The notes under the pieces were generated by a model, which was not told the origin of the DNA, made no database searches, and saw nothing but the letters and a program-made list of their open reading frames with translations. Below are positions 28,605 through 37,589 of a stretch of DNA of 64,000 bases, piece after piece. Source of the stretch: Planctomycetota bacterium. GTDB taxonomy: Bacteria; Planctomycetota; UBA11346. Both the position numbers and the translations under genes were made by a program. Numbering within the stretch: position 1 is the first letter of the stretch; each line of letters opens with the position of its first letter. The stretch spans positions 1 to 64,000 of the forward strand of contig JBBRLJ010000013.1 of the NCBI GenBank assembly GCA_038231435.1. Reading direction: 5' to 3'.

Positions 28605-28995
28605 TGACCTGTGTCTCGAAAAGTAGCCCATGGATAGCTGGAGTTTACCGGGCGATAGCGCCGAAGGAGGCTCCGCATGAAGCGGTCACGATTCACCCAG
28701 GAACGGATCGTTGGCATCCTCAAAGAGGGCGAGGCCGGCGCAAAGCCAGCTGACCTGAGCCGACGCCACGGCATCAGCGAAGCCACGTACTACGGCTGGA
28801 AGTCGAAGTACGGTGGCACGGAGGTGAGTGAGGCAAAGCGGCTGAAGGCGATCGAGGAGGAGAACCAGCGATTGAAGCGGCTTGTGGCTGTGCACGCGCT
28901 GGACATCCACATGCAGAAGGCTGTCGCCTCGGGAGACTTCTGACGCCCGCAGATCATCGTCAGGCGATGGCGTACGGCAGAGAGCTGGGCACCTC
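28605..28995 (+). mobile_element. IS3-family (IS407-group) remnant: left IR, intact orfA, start of orfB only
   Basis: TGACCTG... left end; GGAGG RBS; orfA at 28677; orfB-like LTPADHRQAMAY stops after about 20 codons; no DDE domain. Confidence 0.85.
28677..28943 (+). CDS. IS3-family transposase OrfA
   Basis: MKRSRFTQERIVGILKE...RRHGISEATYYGWKSKYGG..VSEAKRLKAIEEENQRLKRLVA. Confidence 0.92.
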   Translation: MKRSRFTQERIVGILKEGEAGAKPADLSRRHGISEATYYGWKSKYGGTEVSEAKRLKAIEEENQRLKRLVAVHALDIHMQKAVASGDF

Positions 28996-29062
28996 CCGGA
29001 TCCGACCGGCAGACAACTTAAGTTCGTTTTCCGCCCCACGGCCAACCATAGGCTGTCGGCTC

Positions 29063-29995
29063 ATGTCCGGGAACTCGTCCATCCACCTGCGCTCGTGGAT
29101 CATCGGCGGGCTCGCCTTCGCCTGCGGCATGGGGCTCTACGTCTACGATGACTGGTGCGAGGCGCTGCAGAGCTCCGGCGCGCGATCTCTGCTCAATGGC
29201 GTGGAAGTGCTGGTGATGGGGCCGGGCCTGGGCGTGCTGGCGCTGCTCATCTCGGAGCAGGTGCGCCTCTCCGAACGGCGTTACCAGGAAGGCCTCACCC
29301 ATGAACGCGAAGCGCGCTTCCGTTTTCTCGGCAGGATCGCCGCCAGCATGGCGCACGAGGTCCGCAACCCGCTGCACAACATCCATCTGCTGACCGACGA
29401 ATTGCGGCACGATCTGGCGCCGGAGGCGCAGGAACTCGTCGACCGCATCAACGCCAACATCGAACGGCTGGATCAGGCGACCCTGCTGATCTACGAGTTG
29501 GCCAAGCCGCAGCGCAAGATCGACGGCGATGGGTATGGCCCGATCGATCTGGTTCCGCTGGTCACCGAGGTGATCGAGGAGATCCGCGCGCGGCACGGAC
29601 AGCCGATGGACGTGGTCCACGCCGCGCCGAGCGAAGGCAGCTCCGTGATCGGGCGCACGGAGGGCCTGCGCATCGTCTTCAACAACCTGATCCGCAACGC
29701 GATCGAAGCTGCCGATGGCGGCCGGGTGGAGATCGCCTATCGCCGCGAAGGCCAGCAGCTCATCATGACGATCGCCAACCCCGGTTCGCTGCCTCCTGAG
29801 GCGGCCTCGGAGGATGTCGACTCGGCGGGACACAAGCCCGGGGGTCTAGGCGTCGGAATTTCGATCGCCAGGCATCTGCTGGCGCTCTTCGGCGGCCAGG
29901 TCGAGTTCCAGTCGAGCGACGGCGTTGTCACGACCACACTGCATCTTCTGCGAGCCACCGATGCAGGTAGCCCATTGATGCCCGGAGCCCGCTGA
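29063..29995 (+). CDS. Membrane sensor histidine kinase
   Basis: Two TM; H-box MAHEVRNPL; N-box NLIRNAIEA; G2 GLGVGISIAR. Confidence 0.9.
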   Translation: MSGNSSIHLRSWIIGGLAFACGMGLYVYDDWCEALQSSGARSLLNGVEVLVMGPGLGVLALLISEQVRLSERRYQEGLTHEREARFRFLGRIAASMAHEVRNPLHNIHLLTDELRHDLAPEAQELVDRINANIERLDQATLLIYELAKPQRKIDGDGYGPIDLVPLVTEVIEEIRARHGQPMDVVHAAPSEGSSVIGRTEGLRIVFNNLIRNAIEAADGGRVEIAYRREGQQLIMTIANPGSLPPEAASEDVDSAGHKPGGLGVGISIARHLLALFGGQVEFQSSDGVVTTTLHLLRATDAGSPLMPGAR

Positions 29996-29996
29996 C

Positions 29997-30584
29997 GTGG
30001 CCAAGATCATGCTGGTCGAGGACGAAGCCGATGCGCGGCGCATGCTGGCGCTCGGCTTGGGCAGGCTTGGGCACCAGGTGGTCTCGTGCGACAATGGAGC
30101 CGCCGCCTTGGCCGAACTGTCGCCAGACATCCAGGTCGTGGTCACCGATCTGGTGATGCCGAAGCTCGATGGCATCGGCTTCCTCAACGCCTTGAGCGAG
30201 CGCGGCCATCCTGCCTTCCGCATCGTGATCACGAGCTTCGCCGACAAGGATCGGACGTTGGCCGCGCTCAATCTCGGAGCCCACTACCTGCTCGAGAAAC
30301 CGTTCTCGGTCACCAAGCTCGAGCTGGTCATCGCCCGCATGCTGGCACGCGGTGCGGAGTCGGGAACGGTCGAACAGATCTTCCAGCGCCAGCTCACCTC
30401 CTTGCCCATCAACGATCGCGAGCGCAAGATGATCTTCTTCGTGCTCAAGGGCATGCCCAACGCCGAGATCGCGGCGCTGCTGGGCATTACCGAGCAGTCG
30501 GTCAAGAGCGCGCTCTTCGCGCTCTACCGGAAACTCGGCATCGCGAGTCGCGGCGAGTTGTTCCATCTCATCTTTCCCGTCTGA
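29997..30584 (+). CDS. Response regulator, REC plus LuxR-type HTH
   Basis: LVEDE; TDLVMP.LDG; EKPF; GMPNAEIAALLGITEQSVK...KLGIASR. Confidence 0.93.
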   Translation: MAKIMLVEDEADARRMLALGLGRLGHQVVSCDNGAAALAELSPDIQVVVTDLVMPKLDGIGFLNALSERGHPAFRIVITSFADKDRTLAALNLGAHYLLEKPFSVTKLELVIARMLARGAESGTVEQIFQRQLTSLPINDRERKMIFFVLKGMPNAEIAALLGITEQSVKSALFALYRKLGIASRGELFHLIFPV

Positions 30585-30625
30585 CTTCGTCCGTTACGCT
30601 GCCTGACGCCCGCGAACCCCTGAGT

Positions 30626-31309
30626 ATGCCATCCCTCGATGTCCTGGTCTCACAGCGATCCGAGCGCTCCGCGCCAGCCATGAACCCTGAAGCCATCACT
30701 CAGATCACAAATGAGGCGGGGGGCCTCGCGCGCGGGCGCAGCGCCGGCTCGGGATCCCGTCTGTGGGCTCTGGTCAGGATCGTCGCGCTGGTGACCGGTT
30801 TGGCGGGACTCGCGGCCCTCGGGTTTTATCTCCACCTCCTGCGCTCGGACAATTTCGCCTGCGTGGTGTCCGGCCTCGTCTACCGGTCGGACCAGATGGA
30901 TGCCCGTGCGCTCGCCCGCGCGATGTCCGCCAACCACATCCGCTGCGTGCTCAACCTGCGTGGGAAGAATGCCGGTCGCGTCTGGTATGATCAGGAGATC
31001 GAGGCATGCGCCCATGCGGGCGTACAGCACGAGGACTTCGCGATCTCGGCACTGCACGAGCTCTCGCCGGAGCGATGCGATGAGTTGCTGAGCGTGATCG
31101 CCGCCGCGCCGAAGCCCCTGCTCATCCACTGCGAGGCGGGCGCCGACCGTACGGGCCTGGCTTCGGCGTTGGTGCTTCTGCGAGCGGATGTGAGCCCCGA
31201 TGTCGCCCACCGGCAGCTATGCATCTGGCGCCTGCATTTCCCCTATCTCAGCAGCCAGACGAAAGCGATGGATCGCAGTTTCGATGCCTATGTCGAGCGG
31301 GCTCGGTGA
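30626..31309 (+). CDS. Membrane-anchored protein-tyrosine/dual-specificity phosphatase
   Basis: TM; VYRSDQ; VLNLRG; P-loop HCEAGADRTG; start may be 30680. Confidence 0.9.
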   Translation: MPSLDVLVSQRSERSAPAMNPEAITQITNEAGGLARGRSAGSGSRLWALVRIVALVTGLAGLAALGFYLHLLRSDNFACVVSGLVYRSDQMDARALARAMSANHIRCVLNLRGKNAGRVWYDQEIEACAHAGVQHEDFAISALHELSPERCDELLSVIAAAPKPLLIHCEAGADRTGLASALVLLRADVSPDVAHRQLCIWRLHFPYLSSQTKAMDRSFDAYVERAR

Positions 31310-31474
31310 GAGCGCCGACCTCGGCATGCCGCTAGGAACCCAGCCCACACTGCGGACGGCGTCCTGATTCCATGCCCTGCAGCGTCCCGGGATGGGTCCC
31401 CTTCGCTCATTGGTCCGCCTAATCCGCCGCCTATCGTCACTAGGAGTCATCACTAGGAGCCCAGGTATCCACGC

Positions 31475-32017
31475 ATGGCTGATCCCGTGAACGACATCGA
31501 CCAGCAGCGCCGCGACCAGGTGCTGGCGTCGGCGGTCGCAAACCGGGCGATGATCGAGGCGTACGCCTTCGCCATCACCCGCGATGTCGGGGTGATCGAG
31601 GACGTGTACCAAGAGGTGGCGGTGGTGCTGACCGAGCAGTGGCGGAAGGCGCCCGAGGGCGAGGCCTTCATGTATTGGCTGAAGGAGGTCATCCGCCGCA
31701 AGGCCAAGGAGGTGCTGCGCCGCGAGACGCGCACCCGCGCGCTCGCACCGGACGCGCTGGCGCGGATAGAATCCGCACTGCCGGCCGAGGCAGCGGATCC
31801 GCGCGTGGCCGCGTCGATGGCGCGCTGCGTCGCCGAGCTCGCCGGCGATGCGCGCGAGGCGATCATCGGCCGCTACCGGCTCGGGCTCGACGTGCCGAGC
31901 ATCGCCGCTCGCATCGGCCGCTCGGTGCAGGGCACCTATGCCGTGCTCAAGCGCGCCCGCCTGGCTCTCGAGGACTGCGTCGAGCGTGCGCGCAAACAGC
32001 AGGGCGTCAGCCCATGA
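31475..32017 (+). CDS. ECF sigma-70 factor
   Basis: EDVYQEV region 2; IAARIGRSVQGTYAVLKRARLALEDCVE region 4. Confidence 0.9.
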   Translation: MADPVNDIDQQRRDQVLASAVANRAMIEAYAFAITRDVGVIEDVYQEVAVVLTEQWRKAPEGEAFMYWLKEVIRRKAKEVLRRETRTRALAPDALARIESALPAEAADPRVAASMARCVAELAGDAREAIIGRYRLGLDVPSIAARIGRSVQGTYAVLKRARLALEDCVERARKQQGVSP

Positions 32018-33396
32018 GTGGCGAGCTCGACGACCGCATCTTCGCCTACCTCAACGACGAGATCGACGAGCCCGGCCTGCTCGCGCTCGAGCGGAGCCTG
32101 CGCGACGATCCCGAAGCAGCGCCGCGTTTCGCGCGCTTCTGCAGGCGCGAGGCGGCGCTCGCGACCCTGCTGCGCGAGACGGATCTCCCTCGCAGCGTGC
32201 CCGCGCCGCGAGCCCGTCGGCGCCGCCGGGTCTTCGCTTCGGTCGCTTCGACCTCTTCAGCATGGCTCGCCGCCGCCGCGCTGGTGATCGGCGTGGCCTG
32301 GCTGCTGGTCGCCCAGGGCCGGGGCTCACCTGCGATCGCCCGGGTCGCCGATCTGGTCGGCTCCGCCAGCGTGCGGCGCGGGGGAGGCGAGGTGGCGCTC
32401 CGTGCTGGCGATGCGCTGCGTGCCGGCGATCGTATCGTCGTCGACGCGGCGTCGCATGCGACCGTGGCGCTCGCCGATGGCAGCGATCTGGCGCTCGACG
32501 CCACTACCGAACTCGATCTGCCCGCGGACGGCTCGCACCGCGTCGCGCTTGCGCGGGGGACGCTGTCCGCCCACGTAGCTCATCAGGATCCCGGCACGCC
32601 GTTGGTGGTGACGACCGTGCACGGCGCGGCCCAGGTGGTCGGCACGCGCCTGCGCCTGGTGGCCGCTCAGGCATCCACCCGGCTCGAAGTCACCGAGGGT
32701 CGCGTGCGGCTGACGCGTGCTGCCGACCAGTCCTCGGTGCTGGTCGATGCCGGATGCGCGGCCACCGCCACCGCGGATGCCTCGGCGGTGCTGACCGTCG
32801 AGCGTCTGGTCCATCTCGCCGACCATCTCCCGGACGGTGCGCGGGTGCTGCTGCGCATGGATTCATCGGCCGCGCGCCTCGGCTGGGAGGGGGAGCTCGG
32901 AGCTCCAGCCGGAACCAGCGCCGGAACTCGCGCGGGAGTCCGCTCCGAGGCCGCGGATGGTCCGCTCGCCATCGGTTCGATCCGGCCCCAGCCCGGCACG
33001 CGCTTCATGGGCGAGATCCGCTCTCCGCCGGGATTGGTGGGCGTGGTCTCTGGTGAGCAGGCCTATCTCGCGCTGCGCTACTTCGCCGAAGGGTTCGGTC
33101 CAGGCGACCTGATCAAGTTCATGCTCAAGGGCGCGGATGGCGCCGATTACCACGGCTTCGTGGCCGCCGAGAGCGGTGGCTGGCGCGAGGCCGTGGTCCG
33201 GCTCGATGGCGCCTTCGTCAATCTCGAGGATGGCGCCGCCCCACTGGGCCCCGGTGTGGCGATTGCGCAGCTCGTCTTCCTCGGCGCCGTGCCCGACGCG
33301 CGGATCGCGCCCACCGGGCCGCGCCTGTGGCTCGACGAGGTGGTGGCGTTCACCGCACCGGGGACGGTGGACACGGTGGCGGTGGAGCAGAAGTGA
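32014..33396 (+). CDS. FecR-like anti-sigma factor with C-terminal carbohydrate-binding-like domain
   Basis: ATGA overlap with sigma; N-terminal anti-sigma helix; TM; AQVVGTRL...TRLEVTEGRVRL; ends LWLDEVV. Confidence 0.88.
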   Translation: MSGELDDRIFAYLNDEIDEPGLLALERSLRDDPEAAPRFARFCRREAALATLLRETDLPRSVPAPRARRRRRVFASVASTSSAWLAAAALVIGVAWLLVAQGRGSPAIARVADLVGSASVRRGGGEVALRAGDALRAGDRIVVDAASHATVALADGSDLALDATTELDLPADGSHRVALARGTLSAHVAHQDPGTPLVVTTVHGAAQVVGTRLRLVAAQASTRLEVTEGRVRLTRAADQSSVLVDAGCAATATADASAVLTVERLVHLADHLPDGARVLLRMDSSAARLGWEGELGAPAGTSAGTRAGVRSEAADGPLAIGSIRPQPGTRFMGEIRSPPGLVGVVSGEQAYLALRYFAEGFGPGDLIKFMLKGADGADYHGFVAAESGGWREAVVRLDGAFVNLEDGAAPLGPGVAIAQLVFLGAVPDARIAPTGPRLWLDEVVAFTAPGTVDTVAVEQK

Positions 33397-33420
33397 GGTC
33401 GCTGGTGGTTACTGATGAGT

Positions 33421-33469
33421 GCTCAGGGCTCACGGCTCATGACTCATGACTCACGGATGACGGATGATG
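33421..33469. repeat. Degenerate 7-nt tandem repeat (x7) in intergenic region
   Basis: GCTCAGG GCTCACG GCTCATG ACTCATG ACTCACG GATGACG GATGATG. Confidence 0.6.
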
Positions 33470-33570
33470 GTGGCCAGAAGCGGACAGTGGCCAGCGGACC
33501 GCCAGATTTCCGCGCCTAATCGCCTGGCATGCGTCACGTGGAGGGGTCGCTCCACCAGACGAGGTGCCCC

Positions 33571-35655
33571 ATGCCCGATCTCCCTGCCGCCTCGCGCCTC
33601 GCGCTGCTCGTGCTGATGCTGCCGCTCGTCTTCGCAACGGCGCATGCCGCATCGGCTCCGGTGGTGCTCTATACCGATGCCGTGTCAGGGCCGACCAGCG
33701 GCGGCGAGGGAGGGCACGGGGCGTACCTGTCGATCTTCGGACGGAACTTCGGCTCGGCGTCGGGCATGGGTACCACGACCCGGGTGCGCATCGGCGGCGT
33801 CGAGGTGGCGAACTACCGTTTCCTGGGCCTGTCGAAGGTGGGCGCCACGCTCGGCACGCAGCAGCTCACGGTGCAGGTCGGGGCCTTGGGCGCGCCGATG
33901 CCTGGCGTCGCGCTGCCGATCACGGTCACCGTCAGTGGCGTATCGAGCAATGGCGACCTCACCTTCACCCCCAATCCCGGACGCGTGCTCTTCGTGTCGC
34001 TCGCGGGCGACGACGCGACCGCGGTCGCGGGCGATATCAGCAGACCCTGGCGTCACCTGCAGACCGCGGCGCGAGGCGGCGCCTATGCGACGCTGCGCGC
34101 TGGCGATCACCTGGTGGTCCGCGGCGGATCCTGGAGCGACCTCGGATTCGACACCGCCTGGCTGCGCTTCCGCGATCCGGCGCAGCAGGGCTCAGCTCCG
34201 AGCGGCGCGATCGGCACGGGCTGGATCCACATCACCGCCTATCCCGGGCCGATCGGCGGCACTGCCGTCGAGGATGTGCACTACACCACACCCGCGGGCG
34301 CCAAGGGCGGCATCCAGGGCCCGGGCTCGGCCTTCGCCGCCACCACCGGCGAGTACGTCTCGGTGTCGAACCTGCGCATCGATGTGAATGCCGCCGCGAC
34401 CAGCGACGCCGCGCCGATCAACGTGCAGTACACCGCGGGACATTGGCGCATCGTCAACGACGAGCTCGGGCCTTGGCCATCGACGCTCACGGCGCCGGGC
34501 AACGCCAGGGCGGGCGGAGTATCGGGCTGCGGTGATGGCGTCTCCGTGCTGGGCGATGACATCCACGACATCGGTTGCGATCCCGCGGCTCTCGAGAACC
34601 ACGGCATCTACGCCGATACCGGTGCGCAGAACTGGGAGGTGGCATGGTGCCACATCCACGACATCCCCGGCGGCAGCCTGGTGCAGTTCAACGACGCCCT
34701 CGGCGGCAGCGGTACCGCGACGCTGCCAGGCGGTTCCGTCTGGCCGGGCTTCGTCGGGCTGCGCGTGCACCACAACCGGCTCGAGAACGCGGCGAAGTAT
34801 GGGTTGAACATCGCCGACAACGGCGCCTACGCCGGCCGCGTGGAATGCCGCGCCTGGAACAACGTGATCACCGGCACGCGCCTGCCGCCGATCCGCATGA
34901 ATTCCACCGCCACGCAGATGGACGCGACCTTCGCCCACAACACCATCCACCAGGCGATGGTGTCCTTCTCTGGCAGTGGCAACGGCTACTTCCGCAACGA
35001 GGGCCTGGGCGCGGCGCCACGCGTGATCCGGGTCTACGACAACCTGCTCTCGATCGGCCCTGCCACCATCGCCGGGACCACCTGGTTCTCCGACCAGTCC
35101 GGATCGTCGGGCGGATGGTCGTTCCGGAACAACCTCTACTGGGACGCTGGTCGCGGGCTGCCGGGCTTCACCGCCGACACCTCGCGCGTGATCGGCGATC
35201 CACGCTTCGTGAACCCTGCCGCCGGCGATCTCTCGCTCTCCGCCGCGAGCCCGGCCATCGACGCCGCCAGGCAGGCGCTGCCATTCACTATCGGCGACGA
35301 CGCCACCGGCACGGTGGCACGCCCCCAGGGGGCCGCGAACGATATCGGTGCGTACGAGGCCGTCGTCGGTGGCGGGCCCGCGGGAACCGGCAGTGGCGGC
35401 ACGAGCGCCGGCACCACCGGTGTGAGCAGCAGCGGTACCGGTACCGGTACCGGCGGCACAGCCTCCAGCGCCTCTGGTGGCGGAACCGGAACCAGCACCG
35501 GTGCCACCGGCACCGGCAGTGGCTCCTCGAGCGCCGGCACCTCTTCTGGTTCGGGAAGCGGTGGCGCGGGCAGCGGAGGCAGTGGTGCCTGCGGCTTCGG
35601 CGGTGGCCTGGCTGTGGCCGTTGGCGGGTTGCTGGTTGCTTGGCGTCGACGCTGA
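33571..35655 (+). CDS. Secreted IPT/TIG plus beta-helix surface protein with Gly/Ser/Thr stalk and C-terminal CGxG-TM-RRR sorting signal
   Basis: Signal peptide; YTDAVSGP...YLSIFGRNFG; beta-helix; DIGAYE; G/S/T linker; SGACGFGGGLAVAVGGLLVAWRRR. Confidence 0.88.
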   Translation: MPDLPAASRLALLVLMLPLVFATAHAASAPVVLYTDAVSGPTSGGEGGHGAYLSIFGRNFGSASGMGTTTRVRIGGVEVANYRFLGLSKVGATLGTQQLTVQVGALGAPMPGVALPITVTVSGVSSNGDLTFTPNPGRVLFVSLAGDDATAVAGDISRPWRHLQTAARGGAYATLRAGDHLVVRGGSWSDLGFDTAWLRFRDPAQQGSAPSGAIGTGWIHITAYPGPIGGTAVEDVHYTTPAGAKGGIQGPGSAFAATTGEYVSVSNLRIDVNAAATSDAAPINVQYTAGHWRIVNDELGPWPSTLTAPGNARAGGVSGCGDGVSVLGDDIHDIGCDPAALENHGIYADTGAQNWEVAWCHIHDIPGGSLVQFNDALGGSGTATLPGGSVWPGFVGLRVHHNRLENAAKYGLNIADNGAYAGRVECRAWNNVITGTRLPPIRMNSTATQMDATFAHNTIHQAMVSFSGSGNGYFRNEGLGAAPRVIRVYDNLLSIGPATIAGTTWFSDQSGSSGGWSFRNNLYWDAGRGLPGFTADTSRVIGDPRFVNPAAGDLSLSAASPAIDAARQALPFTIGDDATGTVARPQGAANDIGAYEAVVGGGPAGTGSGGTSAGTTGVSSSGTGTGTGGTASSASGGGTGTSTGATGTGSGSSSAGTSSGSGSGGAGSGGSGACGFGGGLAVAVGGLLVAWRRR

Positions 35656-35887
35656 CCGGTTGCGATTCTGTCGCACGCATCTTGCCAGATGTGGCAGGGC
35701 AGCGCGGCTTGCCGAATCTCAGCGACTTCTGCGCCTTTTCCGCCGCCGCTTCAAGTGCACCCACCGCACGCTGGCGCGCCGGGCCACGGTGACTGGTTCG
35801 TCTGACCGACTGGTAACGGATGTCCCCTGCCGGAGAGGGCGCCGCAGCGCGCACAATCAGCATGGCAGGGCGCGCCCGACCGGCACG

Positions 35888-36778
35888 ATGGCCTGCGTGG
35901 ACCATCGCCTGTTCGATGCCTCGACGCTAGCGCTGCTGCAGGACCCACGCCGTTGGCGGCTCGCCTCGACGCTGTTCGCTCCCGAGACCTCGCCGGTCGA
36001 CGATCGTGCGCACCGTCATTGGCGCCTGCGCCACACCCACGCCCACGCCCACCGCGAGATCCTGATCGCGCTCGATGGCGAGGCCCTTTACGGGCACGTG
36101 CCGGGGATCTTCCGCTGCGCGCCCGGAACGGTCATGTACTTCGATGCCGGCGAGGCCCACGACGACGGCTATCCGCCGACGGTCGAGGGCATCCGTCACT
36201 TGTGGCTGATGATCGCGAGCGGATGGGTCGCGGTGAACCAGCTCACGTCGACGCAGGGGCGGCTCGAGGCGCTCATGCCGATGATCGGGCTGGGCACGGC
36301 CGAGCTCGGATTCGACGCCGCCGCCGCGCTCGACCGCTGCCGCGTGGAAGCGCGCGAACATCCCGAGCTCGCGCGGCTCGATCTGCTGTCGGTGGTGCAG
36401 GCGATCGTCGCGCGCGTCATCGACGCCGGTTGGCGCCACGACGCGGGCGAGAGCGGCACGCACCAGTCGCGCGCCATCGCGGCGGTGCGGCGGCACGTCA
36501 GCGACACCGCCGGTGCCGGAGCCTCGCTCGACGCTCTCGCGCTGCTGTCCGGCTACAGCCGCTTCCACCTGGTGCGCCTGTTCAAGCGCGAAACCGGCAT
36601 GGGACTGGGCGACTGGATCGACCGCTGCCGTCTCGAGCGTATCCAACAGCTGCAGAAGGCAGGGAAAACGCTCGCCGAGGCGGCGCAGGCGCTCGGCTTC
36701 TCGTCGCCGTCGGCGCTGTCGCGCTGGTGCGGTCGCCATGGCGTACGCTGGACGCGCGCCCCGCGTCGCGTCCGCTGA
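35888..36778 (+). CDS. AraC-family transcriptional regulator
   Basis: Cupin H.HAHREIL; SGYSRFHLVRLFKRETG; LGFSSPSALSR. Confidence 0.92.
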   Translation: MACVDHRLFDASTLALLQDPRRWRLASTLFAPETSPVDDRAHRHWRLRHTHAHAHREILIALDGEALYGHVPGIFRCAPGTVMYFDAGEAHDDGYPPTVEGIRHLWLMIASGWVAVNQLTSTQGRLEALMPMIGLGTAELGFDAAAALDRCRVEAREHPELARLDLLSVVQAIVARVIDAGWRHDAGESGTHQSRAIAAVRRHVSDTAGAGASLDALALLSGYSRFHLVRLFKRETGMGLGDWIDRCRLERIQQLQKAGKTLAEAAQALGFSSPSALSRWCGRHGVRWTRAPRRVR

Positions 36779-36821
36779 GCGGTGACGACCATCGAGACTG
36801 GCGTGCGCCAGCCTCCAGCCT

Positions 36822-37583
36822 CTAGCCGACGGATCCCGCGAGTCTGCCCGAGGCTTCGGCGCGCATAGATGCCACGTGGGCCCCGACCGCGCCCATGGTA
36901 TCCGTCCACACCTCTGGACGTGTCGCCACGTACTCAAGGAGACGATCCAGCTCGGCGGTGCGCACCATCTGGGACCCCGAATCGCCCACATCGTGGCCGA
37001 CCAGCACCAGCCATTGCCCCTGCGCGATCGCCGCGTCGAGCCACGCGCGCATCTGCTCGAAGCTCGCGCCATCGGCATCGGTGCCGCCGACCTGGGCGAG
37101 ATCGACGAATGTGGGATCGTTCGCGTACTCGTCGCGGAATCCCCGTCCGACCTGGAAGTGGCGCGCCACCACCGGCACGTAGCTGCGCGTCGCTTCGCCC
37201 CTGCCCACGAACTTCTGCCCGCAGCAGTACGCGAAGCTGGCGGGAATCCGGCCGCTGAAGGCGGCGATCTCGGTGTTCATGGCGACGAGTTCGTCCTCCA
37301 TGCGTTCGAGGGTGTAGTCCTCGAGCGGGTTCGCCCGCGCGAAGCCGAAGTTTCCGCTACACGGGTGCAGGCGGGTATGGTTGCCGAGTTCATGCCCTCT
37401 CGCGAGCGCGCTGCGCCACAGCGCCTCCGCACGCCGTACCTCGGGCATCAGCACGAAGAACGTCGCCTTCACGCCGTGCGCGTTAAGGATCGGCAGTCCA
37501 TGCGTCATCTGCGACGGCTTCGCGTCGTCGAAGCTGATGCTCAGCGCGCAGCGGCGCCCATCGGGCCAGTGGAAGGTCGTCAT
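36822..37583 (-). CDS. Polysaccharide deacetylase (NodB/CE4)
   Basis: SISFDDA; KATFFV; GHELGNHTRLHP; FAYCCG; LVGHDV. Confidence 0.9.
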   Translation of the reverse strand: MTTFHWPDGRRCALSISFDDAKPSQMTHGLPILNAHGVKATFFVLMPEVRRAEALWRSALARGHELGNHTRLHPCSGNFGFARANPLEDYTLERMEDELVAMNTEIAAFSGRIPASFAYCCGQKFVGRGEATRSYVPVVARHFQVGRGFRDEYANDPTFVDLAQVGGTDADGASFEQMRAWLDAAIAQGQWLVLVGHDVGDSGSQMVRTAELDRLLEYVATRPEVWTDTMGAVGAHVASMRAEASGRLAGSVG

Positions 37584-37589
37584 GGCGCC

